Part shown: positions 1 to 10,920 of the stretch, in pieces
Layout of the letters: the number at the start of each line of letters is the position of its first letter
How positions within the stretch are numbered: the stretch's first letter is position 1
Origin: Candidatus Spongiisociaceae bacterium
GTDB lineage: Bacteria; Actinomycetota; Acidimicrobiia; Spongiisociales; Spongiisociaceae
Direction of reading: 5' to 3'
Assembly: GCA_965243835.1 (NCBI GenBank)
Contig: OZ251578.1
Location: 732,854-796,853 of the forward strand
Length of the DNA stretch: 64,000 nucleotides
Notes under the pieces: generated by a model
Database searches by the model: none
What the model was told of the DNA's origin: nothing
What the model saw: the letters and a program-made list of their open reading frames with translations, nothing else
Made by a program: the position numbers and the translations under genes

Positions 1-65
1 TACCCCTCTCTGTAATCTGCCGAAGCCCCGGTTCCGGTCACTCAAGCCCGAATCAGGAAGGCGGT

Positions 66-554
66 ATGCTTGCCGTTATGAAAAGCCGCGAGCAACGGGT
101 GGAGGAGGTGCATGCCCTCCTGCGGGAACTGGGCCGGGAGGAAGGGTCCGAGCGCGCCGCGAAGGTACTGGAAAATGTCAAGGCCTTCGATTTTACGGCC
201 GCCCGCTACGCGGCCGAGCGTTTCGACTTGGACGGCGTTCGCCGGGCGGCGGAGGATTTTGACCTGCTCCGGGAATCACAGGCCGACCGGGCCGGGTGCG
301 AAATCTACGACTTCGTGCCCCTTCGCAAGGCCTTGGCGAAGTATGACGAAGTGGCCGAAACCATAGGGGACCCGAAGCTGGTCTTCCAAGCCGTCTTGGC
401 GTTCAAGGACATAGTTGACAAGTTGGCGGATTTGTGGGAGGAGCAATTTGATTACCAAGGGACGGCGGGATACGCTATGGAATTGCGAGAACCTTGGGTT
501 GAAGACCCCGACGAATGGAAAGACTTGGTAGCCGAAGTGCTTGCTCGCGGTTAG
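66..554 (+). CDS. hypothetical protein (acidic, predicted helical)
   Basis: 162 aa ORF with composition like the neighbouring genes. Contains an internal FDF/FDL..AAE repeat. No family motif recognised. Confidence 0.45.
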   Translation: MLAVMKSREQRVEEVHALLRELGREEGSERAAKVLENVKAFDFTAARYAAERFDLDGVRRAAEDFDLLRESQADRAGCEIYDFVPLRKALAKYDEVAETIGDPKLVFQAVLAFKDIVDKLADLWEEQFDYQGTAGYAMELREPWVEDPDEWKDLVAEVLARG

Positions 555-568
555 CGGTGTCTTCTTTG

Positions 569-949
569 CTAGTTCTTTTTGGTAGCGCGTAGTAAAGCTT
601 CTTTACACTGGGCGCGTGACGCTACGCCCTCAGAAATAAGGGACATACTGAAGGTCGCCTCGTCTAACGTCATGCCAAGATCCTGCCAGTTTTGCCCATA
701 CCATTCCAATGCCTCAGCCAACTCCGGGGACATTCTGGCCTGCACGGCGGGGGGCCATCGCAACGGTCGGACGCTACCGATTTTTGTTTGGGGACTGCAG
801 TTATGTTTGGGCCAAGGCGGGCCTAGTTCATCAAAGAACACCTTCGATCCACAGGCGCAAGAATAATAAAACACCTCCTTCCCGCATATCTTGCATTGGG
901 TGGGGAAGGATTTGGAAACGCAAGTACCGTAGTCGTGGTAGGGGTTCAT
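569..949 (-). CDS. small Cys-rich zinc-ribbon-like protein (paralog 1)
   Basis: The N-terminal segment FPTQCKICGKEVFYYSCACGSKVFFDELGPPWPKHNC (CxxC...CxC...HxC) is shared with the adjacent ORF 965..1201. The C-terminal half is unique. Confidence 0.55.
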   Translation of the reverse strand: MNPYHDYGTCVSKSFPTQCKICGKEVFYYSCACGSKVFFDELGPPWPKHNCSPQTKIGSVRPLRWPPAVQARMSPELAEALEWYGQNWQDLGMTLDEATFSMSLISEGVASRAQCKEALLRATKKN

Positions 950-964
950 TGCCGGTTCTGTTTT

Positions 965-1201
965 CTATCGGCGCGAAGTCCTTCGCATAAATTCTTTGGC
1001 GGACCACGATGTCGGTTGGGAGTACCTAGTTTGGCCTTGCGTAGTGCAGTTATGCGCTGGCCATGGTTTGCCAAGGTCGTCAAAGAACACTTTTACCCCG
1101 TGAGCGCAAGAGTAATAAAAAACCTTTCTCCGGCACATTTTGCATTGGCTGGGAAACGCTCTACCTCCGCACCAAGGGCCGTGGGAAGGGTAGGGGTTCA
1201 T
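965..1201 (-). CDS. small Cys-rich zinc-ribbon-like protein (paralog 2)
   Basis: FPSQCKMCRRKVFYYSCAHGVKVFFDDLGKPWPAHNC has the same Cys/His spacing as 569..949. Its ATG overlaps the rpiB stop codon (ATGA). Confidence 0.55.
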   Translation of the reverse strand: MNPYPSHGPWCGGRAFPSQCKMCRRKVFYYSCAHGVKVFFDDLGKPWPAHNCTTQGQTRYSQPTSWSAKEFMRRTSRR

Positions 1202-1659
1202 TGCCTGGTCTCCGAGGGCGGGGTTTCCAGGGCTTGGATTTTTTGTAGGCGGCGCCGGTGGCGTTCCTCGCCGGTGAAGGTTGCGGTCAGGAAAGTTTCC
1301 GCTACTTCAGCCGCCAGGCTTCGGCCTACCACCCTGGCTCCCAGGCAGAGCACGTTTACGTTGTCGTGTTCCACCATCTGGTGGGCGGTGTAGTGGTCGT
1401 GGGCCACCGCCGCCCGGATTCCCCGCAGTTTGTTGGCGGCGATGGCCGCCCCCGCGCCCGATCCGCACACCGCGATGCCCCGCTCCGCCTCCCCGGCCCG
1501 CACCGCCTCGCCTACCGCCGCCGCCAGGTCCGGGTAGTCGACCGGTTCCTCGGAGTGGGTTCCCAGGTCGGTCACCCGGTAGCCCAGCCCGGACAGATGA
1601 TCCACCAGGAATTCTTTGAGCGCAAAACCGGCATGGTCTGCGCCGACGGCTACTGGCAC
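1198..1659 (-). CDS. rpiB: ribose-5-phosphate isomerase B (RpiB/LacA family)
   Basis: VGADHAGFALKE..., GIAVCGSGAGAAIAANK and NVLCLGARVVG are typical RpiB motifs. Length is 153 aa. Confidence 0.9.
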   Translation of the reverse strand: MPVAVGADHAGFALKEFLVDHLSGLGYRVTDLGTHSEEPVDYPDLAAAVGEAVRAGEAERGIAVCGSGAGAAIAANKLRGIRAAVAHDHYTAHQMVEHDNVNVLCLGARVVGRSLAAEVAETFLTATFTGEERHRRRLQKIQALETPPSETRQ

Positions 1660-1733
1660 GGGTTATACCTCCACGGGGTCTTTGCCGATGAGGGTAGCGG
1701 GGCGGGGGCCGCCATGCACTGGACATCCGGGGA

Positions 1734-2699
1734 TTGGTTACCCTGTTACCCGTGGACGAAAACACCCGATGGAATGATCTGGCCGAACGTTTGCGGTTCG
1801 ACCCGACGGAGGGGCGCGTCATCCGCAGGCCCCCCGGGGTCGGTTACGGCTACTGGACGGGCGGGCACAAAGTCACGTACGACCCCGTTTCCGGCCGGTT
1901 CGTGCTCTTCTACCGGGAACGCAGCCCCTTGGAGGCGGGGAGGGGCGGGCGGTGCCGGGTGGCGGTGGGGGAGGACGGCGTCTGCTTCACCGACGTGTGG
2001 GGCGCGGACCGCCGGCGCTTGGCCGCCGGTTCCATCGAAGTCGGGCATGCGGTGCGGCACGACGCCCGAGAATGGCGCCTGTACGTTTCCTACGAGATGG
2101 CCGGAACCTCCACTTGGCGCATCGATATGATGTCCGCCCCCGACCCGTCCCGCTTCATCGCCCAGTCCCGCCGCACGGTGATCCAGCCCGGCCATTTCGG
2201 TTTGCGGTTCATCAAAGACCCGTGGATCATCCGTCAGCCGGACGGCGGCTACCACCTGTACGCGGCGGTCCCCGCCCGCACCGGTCTCACCATCGCCGAC
2301 GGCCGCATTGCCATCGGGGCCGAGGACGCCACCGTGCGGGCCGTCTCCGCCGACGGCGTATATTTTGAAACCCTGGAATACGTGTACGAGGCGGCGGGGG
2401 ACGGCTCTTGGCACGGACACCGCGGCCGCCTGGACGGCCTGTTCCCGTACCGGGGGGGCTGGGTGGGGACGTTTTCCGGCGGGCGCACGATGTTCGACAA
2501 CTACGAGGAGCCGTGCGGCCTGATGGCCGGCCCCTCCCCGGACGAAATGCGCCGCCTGGAAACCGGCGGCCCCTGGATTGAAAGCCCCTACGGGTGCGTG
2601 CGCTACGTGTTCGGGGTTCCGGTGGACGGGAGCGTCTTCTTCTACTACGAGTACGCCCGGGAGGACGGTTCCCACGACTTGCGGGTGTCGCAGGTCTGA
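1734..2699 (+). CDS. hypothetical protein, possibly a beta-propeller glycosidase-like fold
   Basis: 321 aa ORF with plausible composition and repeated strand-like segments (WRLYVSYE, YHLYAAV, VFFYYEYA). Family not recognised with certainty. The long antisense ORF 1746..2714 looks like an artefact. Confidence 0.5.
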   Translation: MVTLLPVDENTRWNDLAERLRFDPTEGRVIRRPPGVGYGYWTGGHKVTYDPVSGRFVLFYRERSPLEAGRGGRCRVAVGEDGVCFTDVWGADRRRLAAGSIEVGHAVRHDAREWRLYVSYEMAGTSTWRIDMMSAPDPSRFIAQSRRTVIQPGHFGLRFIKDPWIIRQPDGGYHLYAAVPARTGLTIADGRIAIGAEDATVRAVSADGVYFETLEYVYEAAGDGSWHGHRGRLDGLFPYRGGWVGTFSGGRTMFDNYEEPCGLMAGPSPDEMRRLETGGPWIESPYGCVRYVFGVPVDGSVFFYYEYAREDGSHDLRVSQV

Positions 2700-2751
2700 T
2701 ACCCAAGGTCCCAAGGCGGCCCCCGCCCGTTGCCGGTCCGGGCGGAAAGAC

Positions 2752-3138
2752 CTAGTACTCCACTTTCAGGGAAGTTACGGCTTCGGCCAGGCTCAGCACC
2801 GCGTTGCGGTCCTTGATCAGTTTGGCCAGGTTGCCCGCTACGTCGATTTTGCCCGAGAAATAGGCGTTTTGGATGTTCAACTCCCCTTTGGAGACGGCCA
2901 CCGCGGTGTCGTAGTCGCTGACCAGGGTCACGTCGGCGTCCGGCCGCTTGCCCAGCGACAGTTCCGCCCGTCCCCCCTCCGCCAGGATGTAATAGTCCAC
3001 CGTCCCCTCCGCCGCTTCGGTGACCGAAAACTGGATGAGCAGGTCCGCCCCCGCCAAGGCCTCCTCCAGACCGGGGTGGTCCGCAAAGGCGGCGGTGGCG
3101 TTCAACGCCCATTCTTCGCTGAGAAATCTGGTGGCCAT
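2752..3138 (-). CDS. SCP2 sterol-carrier-like domain protein
   Basis: 128 aa. The pattern FLSEEW...ATAAF... and C-terminal GKIDVAGNLAKLIK match SCP2 / alkyl-sulfatase C-terminal-like domains. Confidence 0.7.
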   Translation of the reverse strand: MATRFLSEEWALNATAAFADHPGLEEALAGADLLIQFSVTEAAEGTVDYYILAEGGRAELSLGKRPDADVTLVSDYDTAVAVSKGELNIQNAYFSGKIDVAGNLAKLIKDRNAVLSLAEAVTSLKVEY

Positions 3139-3162
3139 AACCGCAGGCTACTACCGGGACGC

Positions 3163-3924
3163 CTACCGTTGGCCTGTCAGTTTGCGGTTGCGGAGTTTGG
3201 CCGACAGGTAATCCCGGTTCATCAAGGCGATGTTGTCCAGGGAGATTTCCTTCGGGCAGGCCGCCTCGCATTCCCCGTGATTGGTGCAGGAGCCGAAAAA
3301 CTCCTCCATTTTTTCCACCATCCCCTCCACCCGCTCCCATCGTTGCGGTTGCCCCTGGGGGAGCAGGTTCAGGTGGGCTACTTTGGCGGCGGTGAACAGT
3401 TGGGCGGCCCCGTTGGGGCAGGCGGCCACGCAGGCCGCGCACCCGATGCAGGCCGCCGCGTCCATAGCCGCGTCCGAAGCGGCTTTGGGGACCGGGACGG
3501 TGTTGGCTTCCGGAGCGGAACCGGCCGCCGCCGAAATGTATCCGCCCGCTTCGATGATCCGGTCCAGGGCGGTGCGGTCCACCACCAGGTCCCGGATTAC
3601 CGGCAGGGCGGTGGCCCGCCACGGCTCCACCGCGATGACGTCCCCGTCCCGGAATTGGCGCATATGCAGTTGGCAGGTGGCGGTCCCGGCCTGCGGGCCG
3701 TGCGCCTGCCCGTCGATCATCAGGCCGCACGAACCGCAGATGCCCTCCCGGCAGTCGTGGTCGAAGGCCACCGGTTCCCTCCCGGCCGCCTGCAGCCGTT
3801 CGTTCACTACGTCCAGCATTTCCAGAAACGACATGTCGGGGCTGACGTCGGGGGCCGGGTAGGTCTCGAACCGGCCCTCCGCCTCCGGTCCCGCCTGCCT
3901 CCAGATTCGCAAGGTGAGTTCCAT
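3163..3924 (-). CDS. sdhB: succinate dehydrogenase/fumarate reductase iron-sulfur subunit
   Basis: Cys clusters [22 protein letters not shown] and [12 protein letters not shown]. Start placed at [10 protein letters not shown] (ATG at 3924) rather than the longer track ORF. Confidence 0.9.
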   Translation of the reverse strand: MELTLRIWRQAGPEAEGRFETYPAPDVSPDMSFLEMLDVVNERLQAAGREPVAFDHDCREGICGSCGLMIDGQAHGPQAGTATCQLHMRQFRDGDVIAVEPWRATALPVIRDLVVDRTALDRIIEAGGYISAAAGSAPEANTVPVPKAASDAAMDAAACIGCAACVAACPNGAAQLFTAAKVAHLNLLPQGQPQRWERVEGMVEKMEEFFGSCTNHGECEAACPKEISLDNIALMNRDYLSAKLRNRKLTGQR

Positions 3925-3938
3925 CGTCGCTCCCGCCC

Positions 3939-5899
<1,961 letters not shown>

Positions 5900-5903
<4 letters not shown>

Positions 5904-6628
5904 CTTACCACCCCGAAGGCGATTCCCAACGGCACGGCCAGGAAACCGGCCACCACCGCCGCCGAGAACAGGTTGGCGAAGGTCCGCCGATACCGGTTGA
6001 AGCGGGGGTTGTTGACCCCCAGGCTTTGGAACAGGCTCCACGCCCCGTGCCAGATGTGGAAGGCCAAGGCGATCTGGGCGGCGACGTAAAACACCCACAC
6101 CGGCCACCGGGACAGGCTGGCCACCAGGTTCTCGTACACCGCCCCCCGTTGGAAGTCGGGGTTGACCGCCTCCACCCCGATGGTGAAATCGGCCAGGTGC
6201 CAGAGCAGGAACAGCAACACGATGATCCCGCTCCAGCGCATGGTGCGGCTGGCGTAGTTGGCGGCGGAGTACGTGCGGGGGGACTGGTATTTAACGGTGC
6301 GGGCCGCCCGGTTGCTGCGGGTCAGGGCCCAGGCGGCGTGGATGTGCACCAGGAAAGCCGCCGCCAGCGGAATGCGGATCATCCACAGGGCCAGGGTGCG
6401 GGGGAGCAGGGGCGTTCCGATGTCGCGCAGTGCCTCCCCGTATTCGTCGATCCGGTAGGTTCCGTCGTGCGCCCCCTCGAACACATGCAGGTTTCCCACC
6501 ATGTGGACGAACACGAATATCAGCAGGATTATCCCGCTGACGGCCATGGCGTATTTTTTGCCGGTGTCGGTGCGGTAGAGGCCGACGAGCGGTGGCAGGC
6601 GCCGGGTTTTTTGCTTGGCGTCGGTCAT
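5900..6628 (-). CDS. sdhC: succinate dehydrogenase cytochrome b subunit (b558-type, multi-TM)
   Basis: 242 aa hydrophobic protein with conserved His residues in TM segments, located directly upstream of sdhA/sdhB. Confidence 0.8.
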
Positions 6629-6676
6629 TTCCCCCCTACTTTAGCCTTGAGCCGGTCGGTCGGAGCGATTTCCGAT

Positions 6677-6706
6677 TTGACAACCCGGAGCGGTTGCGGC
6701 AATATT
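6677..6706 (+). promoter_or_regulatory. candidate sigma-70-type promoter upstream of whiB (TTGACA-18-AATATT)
   Basis: TTGACA at 6677-6682, an 18 nt spacer, then AATATT at 6701-6706, about 45 nt before the whiB ATG. By-eye prediction only. Confidence 0.25.
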
Positions 6707-6749
6707 ACAGTAGTGTAGTTACAGCACTGTTCCTAGGAGGGCCGCCAAA

Positions 6750-7031
6750 ATGCAACGTTCATTAATAGAAGCTTTGGGGTTGGAGGCCCCGGCTTGGCAG
6801 GACTTCGCCAACTGTCGCGGGGCGGATGTGGATATTTTCTTCCCCGACCGGGGGGCGTCCACCCGGGGGGCGAAGGAGATTTGCGCCGCCTGCGGGGTGC
6901 AGGAGGAGTGCCTGGAGTATGCGGTGACCCGGGGGGAGAAATTCGGCATTTGGGGCGGTCTGTCGGAACGGGAGCGCCGCAAGATTCGCAAACAGCGGGC
7001 GTTGGAGGCGCAGGGGATCGCCACCCTGTGA
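6750..7031 (+). CDS. WhiB-family transcriptional regulator
   Basis: Four-Cys pattern C..C..C....C (FANCRG...EICAACGVQEECLEYA) followed by GIWGG and a basic tail. AGGAGG Shine-Dalgarno upstream. Confidence 0.9.
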   Translation: MQRSLIEALGLEAPAWQDFANCRGADVDIFFPDRGASTRGAKEICAACGVQEECLEYAVTRGEKFGIWGGLSERERRKIRKQRALEAQGIATL

Positions 7032-7122
7032 CCGGATGGGGATCCGGCGGGGGCGGGGCGGCGGTTGATTTCCCGTACCGGCGGTGGTAGCATATGCGGA
7101 CCAACCCAAAGGAGATGTAGCA

Positions 7123-7347
7123 ATGGGAAGAATCGGCGGCGGTGAAATCGCCATCATCCTGGTAGTGCTGGTGTTGCTGTTCGGGGCCAAGAAGCTCCCC
7201 GAACTGGCCCGTTCCCTGGGCAGCTCGGCCCGCGAGTTCCGCAAGGGAAGCGAGGAGGGTCGCAAGGAGGAGGCCAAGGCCGAAATCGCCTCCCCTCCCG
7301 CCGGCGATGCCGCCCCGCCCCCCCCGGCCTCCTCCAACACCACCTGA
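7123..7347 (+). CDS. tatA: twin-arginine translocase subunit TatA/E
   Basis: MGRIGGGEIAIILVVLVLLFGAKKLPELARSLGSSAREFRKG is the canonical TatA N-terminus. AAAGGAGA Shine-Dalgarno upstream of the ATG at 7123. Confidence 0.85.
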   Translation: MGRIGGGEIAIILVVLVLLFGAKKLPELARSLGSSAREFRKGSEEGRKEEAKAEIASPPAGDAAPPPPASSNTT

Positions 7348-7357
7348 CCCCTCCTTG

Positions 7358-8086
7358 ATGCGGAGGGACCGGCTGGCCGCTGTTGTGGGTGCAACAGCCT
7401 TGGTGTTCGCGGTTGCTACGGTGGTTGTGGCCCAGGGACGTTTTACTGATACCGATGGTCATTCACTGGAGGGGGATATCGACTATGCCGCGAACAGAGG
7501 CTGGTTTGCCGGGTACGATGACGGATCATTTCGCCCCGATCAGAGTATCACCCACCGGCAAATTGCGACTGTGGTCGGTAGGGCATTTCCCGATGGAGCG
7601 ACCCGGGCGGAGATGGCATCATTCATGCGCGGTGGCCGAGAACGAGTGGAGGCCCAAACATCGCTTGTCTACGCCGGTGCGGGGACAGGGTTGACTGCCG
7701 GGTTGCGCTTTCCTGGTTCGATAGGCTTACCAGACGGCTCATTAACGTCAGATTGGGGCTGTTGTTATGATTTTCGTCCAGCGGAAAAGTCTGCCCCTTG
7801 GTTGGCACAAATCAGGGTGACAGACACTGGCGAATACGACTCGTCACGCTTTAGTTTGTATGAAGCGGAGAACAAATCAAGCAGTAAGATCTTAATATCG
7901 GAGGATACCTTCCCGTTTTGCGGGCCAGAGTCTTGGAGAGATCCGTGTCCGTCTGCTCGTTCCTATTACACCATATTTATCCCGTTTAACGATAGGGAAT
8001 ATGTACTTAATGTAGAGAACGCTGGTTTGGGTGACACCTGGCAGATAAGATTCACACCATTACTAACAACGGCTACCCGAGATTAG
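7358..8086 (+). CDS. secreted protein with one SLH-like domain and a unique C-terminal domain
   Basis: Signal peptide MRRDRLAAVVGATALVFAVATVVVAQG, then FTDTDGHSLEGDIDYAANRGWFAGYDDGSFRPDQSITHRQIATVV (SLH-type pattern). The 3' half is visibly AT-richer. Confidence 0.6.
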   Translation: MRRDRLAAVVGATALVFAVATVVVAQGRFTDTDGHSLEGDIDYAANRGWFAGYDDGSFRPDQSITHRQIATVVGRAFPDGATRAEMASFMRGGRERVEAQTSLVYAGAGTGLTAGLRFPGSIGLPDGSLTSDWGCCYDFRPAEKSAPWLAQIRVTDTGEYDSSRFSLYEAENKSSSKILISEDTFPFCGPESWRDPCPSARSYYTIFIPFNDREYVLNVENAGLGDTWQIRFTPLLTTATRD

Positions 8087-8096
8087 GAAGATCAGC

Positions 8097-8297
8097 ATGT
8101 TGTCCACACATAGTTATAGATGCCTTCACGAGCAGGTCGTAGCCCGCCCCGGCGCCGAGGAGCGGCTAGCGGCCCTACGCGAGGCGACCTTGGAGGAGAT
8201 CGGCCGGTACGAACTGCGGCAAGCCTTGGGACAGTCGCAGATGGAAGTTGCCGCCGCCAGGTTTACGCAGGACGGGGGTAGTCGCCCTTCCCAATAA
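8097..8297 (+). pseudogene. possible truncated XRE-type HTH (antitoxin-like) remnant
   Basis: LREATLEEIGRYELRQALGQSQMEVAAA resembles the first helices of an XRE HTH, but the ORF ends right after it. Weak call. Confidence 0.25.
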
Positions 8298-8335
8298 GGC
8301 GCGTTCTCCCAATGCGGGATCGCGACCGGCGGGGT

Positions 8336-8899
8336 TCACGGTGCGTAGTTGCGAACCCAGTCCCACCATACGGCCGTCTCGGTCACTTGACGAGGAGAAA
8401 GCCCGTATTCCCGCTCCAGTTCACATCGCTCTCCGGCGGCGGCGGCGCGACCCACGAAGACGGCGGGGATGCGGGTGCCCGACACCACCGGTTGGCCGCT
8501 CATCACCTCCGGGCGTACGGAGACCCCGCCCTGATAGACATCCTCTCCCAAGGCGCGGCGGGCCCACCCTCCCTCCGATAGGTACTGCGCTCCAATCTCC
8601 AGGTAACCGGGGGGAAGGGGGAGCAACGGCGGAGATTTAGCGCGCATTGGGCGCCCATTCCCGGAATCGCGCGTACGCGCCGTATCGGGTTGGCGCCCTG
8701 ACTCCTGAAGTCGCAAACGCCCGGCGATGGCCTCGGCCAAGTTCATCCAGGAATACGCCCGGCCGCGGCCGACGGAGGTGGACCTGACGCGTTCGTAGCG
8801 CGCCCACTGCCCAAGACTGCGCGGCGAAACGCCTACCAAGCGGGCCGCCTCCTTTGGCGAATAACGGGGGATGTGTTCCGGGCGGGGATGGGGGGTCAT
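8336..8899 (-). CDS. DUF433-domain protein with N-terminal MerR-like HTH
   Basis: N-terminus YSPKEAARLVGVSPRSLGQWAR. C-terminus PEVMSGQPVVSGTRIPAVFV...GLSPRQVTETAVWW is DUF433-like. Start set at the ATG at 8899 (MTPHPRP); the track ORF extends further upstream. Confidence 0.6.
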   Translation of the reverse strand: MTPHPRPEHIPRYSPKEAARLVGVSPRSLGQWARYERVRSTSVGRGRAYSWMNLAEAIAGRLRLQESGRQPDTARTRDSGNGRPMRAKSPPLLPLPPGYLEIGAQYLSEGGWARRALGEDVYQGGVSVRPEVMSGQPVVSGTRIPAVFVGRAAAAGERCELEREYGLSPRQVTETAVWWDWVRNYAP

Positions 8900-8913
8900 C
8901 TCCGGTTGGACGG

Positions 8914-9366
8914 TTAGCCGAGGGCGGTTATTTGGTCTTCCAGGTTGCGGGGGGTCAGGATGTGGTCGGTAGTGAAAATGTCGGTCACCACCCCGTCCGC
9001 GTCCAGCGCGTAGGTAGCCCGGTCGGCGATGCCCAGTTGCTCGTTGAAGCACCCGTAGGCGGCGGCCGTCGCCCCGTGCGGCCAGAAGTCGCTCAGGATG
9101 GGAAACTCCAACCCCTCCAGTTCCGCCCATTTGCCGTTGCTGAACGGCGTGTCGCAGGTGATGACCACCGCGCCGGCGTCCAACTCCCGCAACCGGGACA
9201 GATTGTTCTGCAGGTCGCACACCTCCCCCGTGCACACCCCGGTGAACGGAAACGGGACGAACGTCACCAGCGTCTTCCGTCCCCGAAGCGAATCCAGCGT
9301 CACCGGATCCCGGTTGACGTCGGGAAGCGAAAAGTCGGGGGCGGGCTTGCCAATCTCTGCGGCCAT
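8914..9366 (-). CDS. peroxiredoxin (AhpE/Bcp-like thiol peroxidase)
   Basis: KPAPDFSLPD...LVTFVPFPFTGVCTGE active-site context. 150 aa. Confidence 0.85.
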   Translation of the reverse strand: MAAEIGKPAPDFSLPDVNRDPVTLDSLRGRKTLVTFVPFPFTGVCTGEVCDLQNNLSRLRELDAGAVVITCDTPFSNGKWAELEGLEFPILSDFWPHGATAAAYGCFNEQLGIADRATYALDADGVVTDIFTTDHILTPRNLEDQITALG

Positions 9367-9380
9367 TAATTTCTCCTTTG

Positions 9381-9935
9381 CTAGGGGTCAGAAGGTTTGG
9401 AGCAAAGTTCTAGCAGAACTTCGTGCATTTTGGCAAGCCTACCACCCCAATGCTTCAGCCATCCGGGTTCGGACCCCGGCGTAACGGTAAACCAATAGGT
9501 GTCTGAACCCTCCGCTCCTTTGTGCTGGGGCGTTGCATGCTTAAGTGCCTCGCTTTTGGGTATAGCCCATCCAGAGGCGTCAAAAGGGCTGATGCCTAGA
9601 CATATAACGATAGAGTAATCTTGATCTTTTATTTGTTGGAACTTATAAAAATTGCCGTCCCATAATGTTGACAATTTGATAACAACTCGTTTCCCTTCTA
9701 TTATTCTCTGCGCACCTTTACTGGCGTTTTTAACTGACAGTCCCTTCCCAATTGCCCATTCGGATATGAGGCCTCTTGCGACTTTGCCCTTTGTCCCTGG
9801 GGGAATACACCGTATCCATTCAAATTTGCTATTCTCCCAAATGATATGGTTACTAGCCTCCGTAGACTCTTGCAACCTGCTACTAATTGTTGCTATCTTT
9901 TCCACATCAGGGTCTGTAATTCGTTTTTGGGTCAT
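9381..9935 (-). CDS. putative type II restriction endonuclease (assigned by context)
   Basis: 184 aa ORF in the same AT-rich block as the methyltransferase. Its ATG overlaps the methyltransferase stop by 1 nt (TAATG). No nuclease motif identified with confidence. Confidence 0.45.
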   Translation of the reverse strand: MTQKRITDPDVEKIATISSRLQESTEASNHIIWENSKFEWIRCIPPGTKGKVARGLISEWAIGKGLSVKNASKGAQRIIEGKRVVIKLSTLWDGNFYKFQQIKDQDYSIVICLGISPFDASGWAIPKSEALKHATPQHKGAEGSDTYWFTVTPGSEPGWLKHWGGRLAKMHEVLLELCSKPSDP

Positions 9936-10819
9936 TAGATCATTACCTCCTGTACAGGCTTAGTTAAATCAGGTTCAAAGCCCGTATATTCGGGTGAATA
10001 AATAGCCAAACGTTTGACCATTATTTCTACCGCTTCCGGATTATTGTCAACCAAAGTAAATATTCTATTATGTTTCGCTGCCGCTTCGCCTGTTGTACCA
10101 GAACCAGCAAAAAAATCCAGTACTTGGTTACCTTCAAAGGTATGCACCCTTATTATACGATTCAAGATACCGAGCGGTTTCTGGGTAGGATATCCATTTC
10201 GTTCTGAACCATTGGTTGGTACTATAGTATGCCACCAAACGTCGGTTGGTGTTTTACCATTGGCGGCTTTTTCTTTAGTAACAAGCCCAGGAGCCATATA
10301 GGGTATGCGATCCATTTCATCGTAGTTAAAGGTGTAATTATTGGGATCTGATACATACCAGAATATGGTATCGTGTTTTGTCGGCCAGCGGGTTTTTTGA
10401 CGAGCACCATAGTCGTAAGCCCATATGATTTCATTCATAAAGCACTCCCGGCCAAAAATAGAATCAAGTGCCACTTTAGCATAGTGTGCCTCTCTATAGT
10501 CAATGTGAAGAAAAAAGGAACCATTATTGCGTAGTACTCGTTTGGCTTCTAGCAAGCGAGGAATAAGAAATCCCATATAGTCGTCGAATTGATCTTCGTA
10601 TGAATATAGTATCCCTTTTTCGCTTAGGTAATTTTTGCCTTGAAAACCTACCCTGTCGCCTTTGGGGTCAAACTTAGTTTTAAGGCGAGCATGCTGTTGT
10701 TGCTTACCGGTATTAAAGGGCGGGTCAATGTAGATAAGGTCAAAGAAACCGTCGGGGACAGTTTCCAGGAATTCCAGGTTATCACCTAGAATTATTCTTG
10801 ACGCGTATGTGTCTAGCAT
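9935..10819 (-). CDS. DNA methyltransferase, beta-class amino-MTase (N6-adenine or N4-cytosine)
   Basis: Motif IV LIYIDPPFNTG precedes motif I VLDFFAGSGTTGEAA, which is the beta-class order. ATG at 10819 (MLDTYASRIILGDN); an alternative GTG lies at 10900. Confidence 0.85.
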   Translation of the reverse strand: MLDTYASRIILGDNLEFLETVPDGFFDLIYIDPPFNTGKQQQHARLKTKFDPKGDRVGFQGKNYLSEKGILYSYEDQFDDYMGFLIPRLLEAKRVLRNNGSFFLHIDYREAHYAKVALDSIFGRECFMNEIIWAYDYGARQKTRWPTKHDTIFWYVSDPNNYTFNYDEMDRIPYMAPGLVTKEKAANGKTPTDVWWHTIVPTNGSERNGYPTQKPLGILNRIIRVHTFEGNQVLDFFAGSGTTGEAAAKHNRIFTLVDNNPEAVEIMVKRLAIYSPEYTGFEPDLTKPVQEVMI

Positions 10820-10920
10820 TCCCTGCAGTATAAGGTCACGAATTATAGATATACGCTGTAGGTCTATATTATTTTCCCAACCTAAGAATTTTTTTCCCAC
10901 TCTGGCGCGGGCGCTCCGGG

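Noticed and set aside
8175-8369. 64 aa minus-strand ORF downstream of the DUF433 gene as its missing toxin partner
   Set aside because: There are no PIN or DUF5615-like acidic residues or fold pattern. The composition is odd and it overlaps the truncated HTH remnant, so it is probably non-coding.
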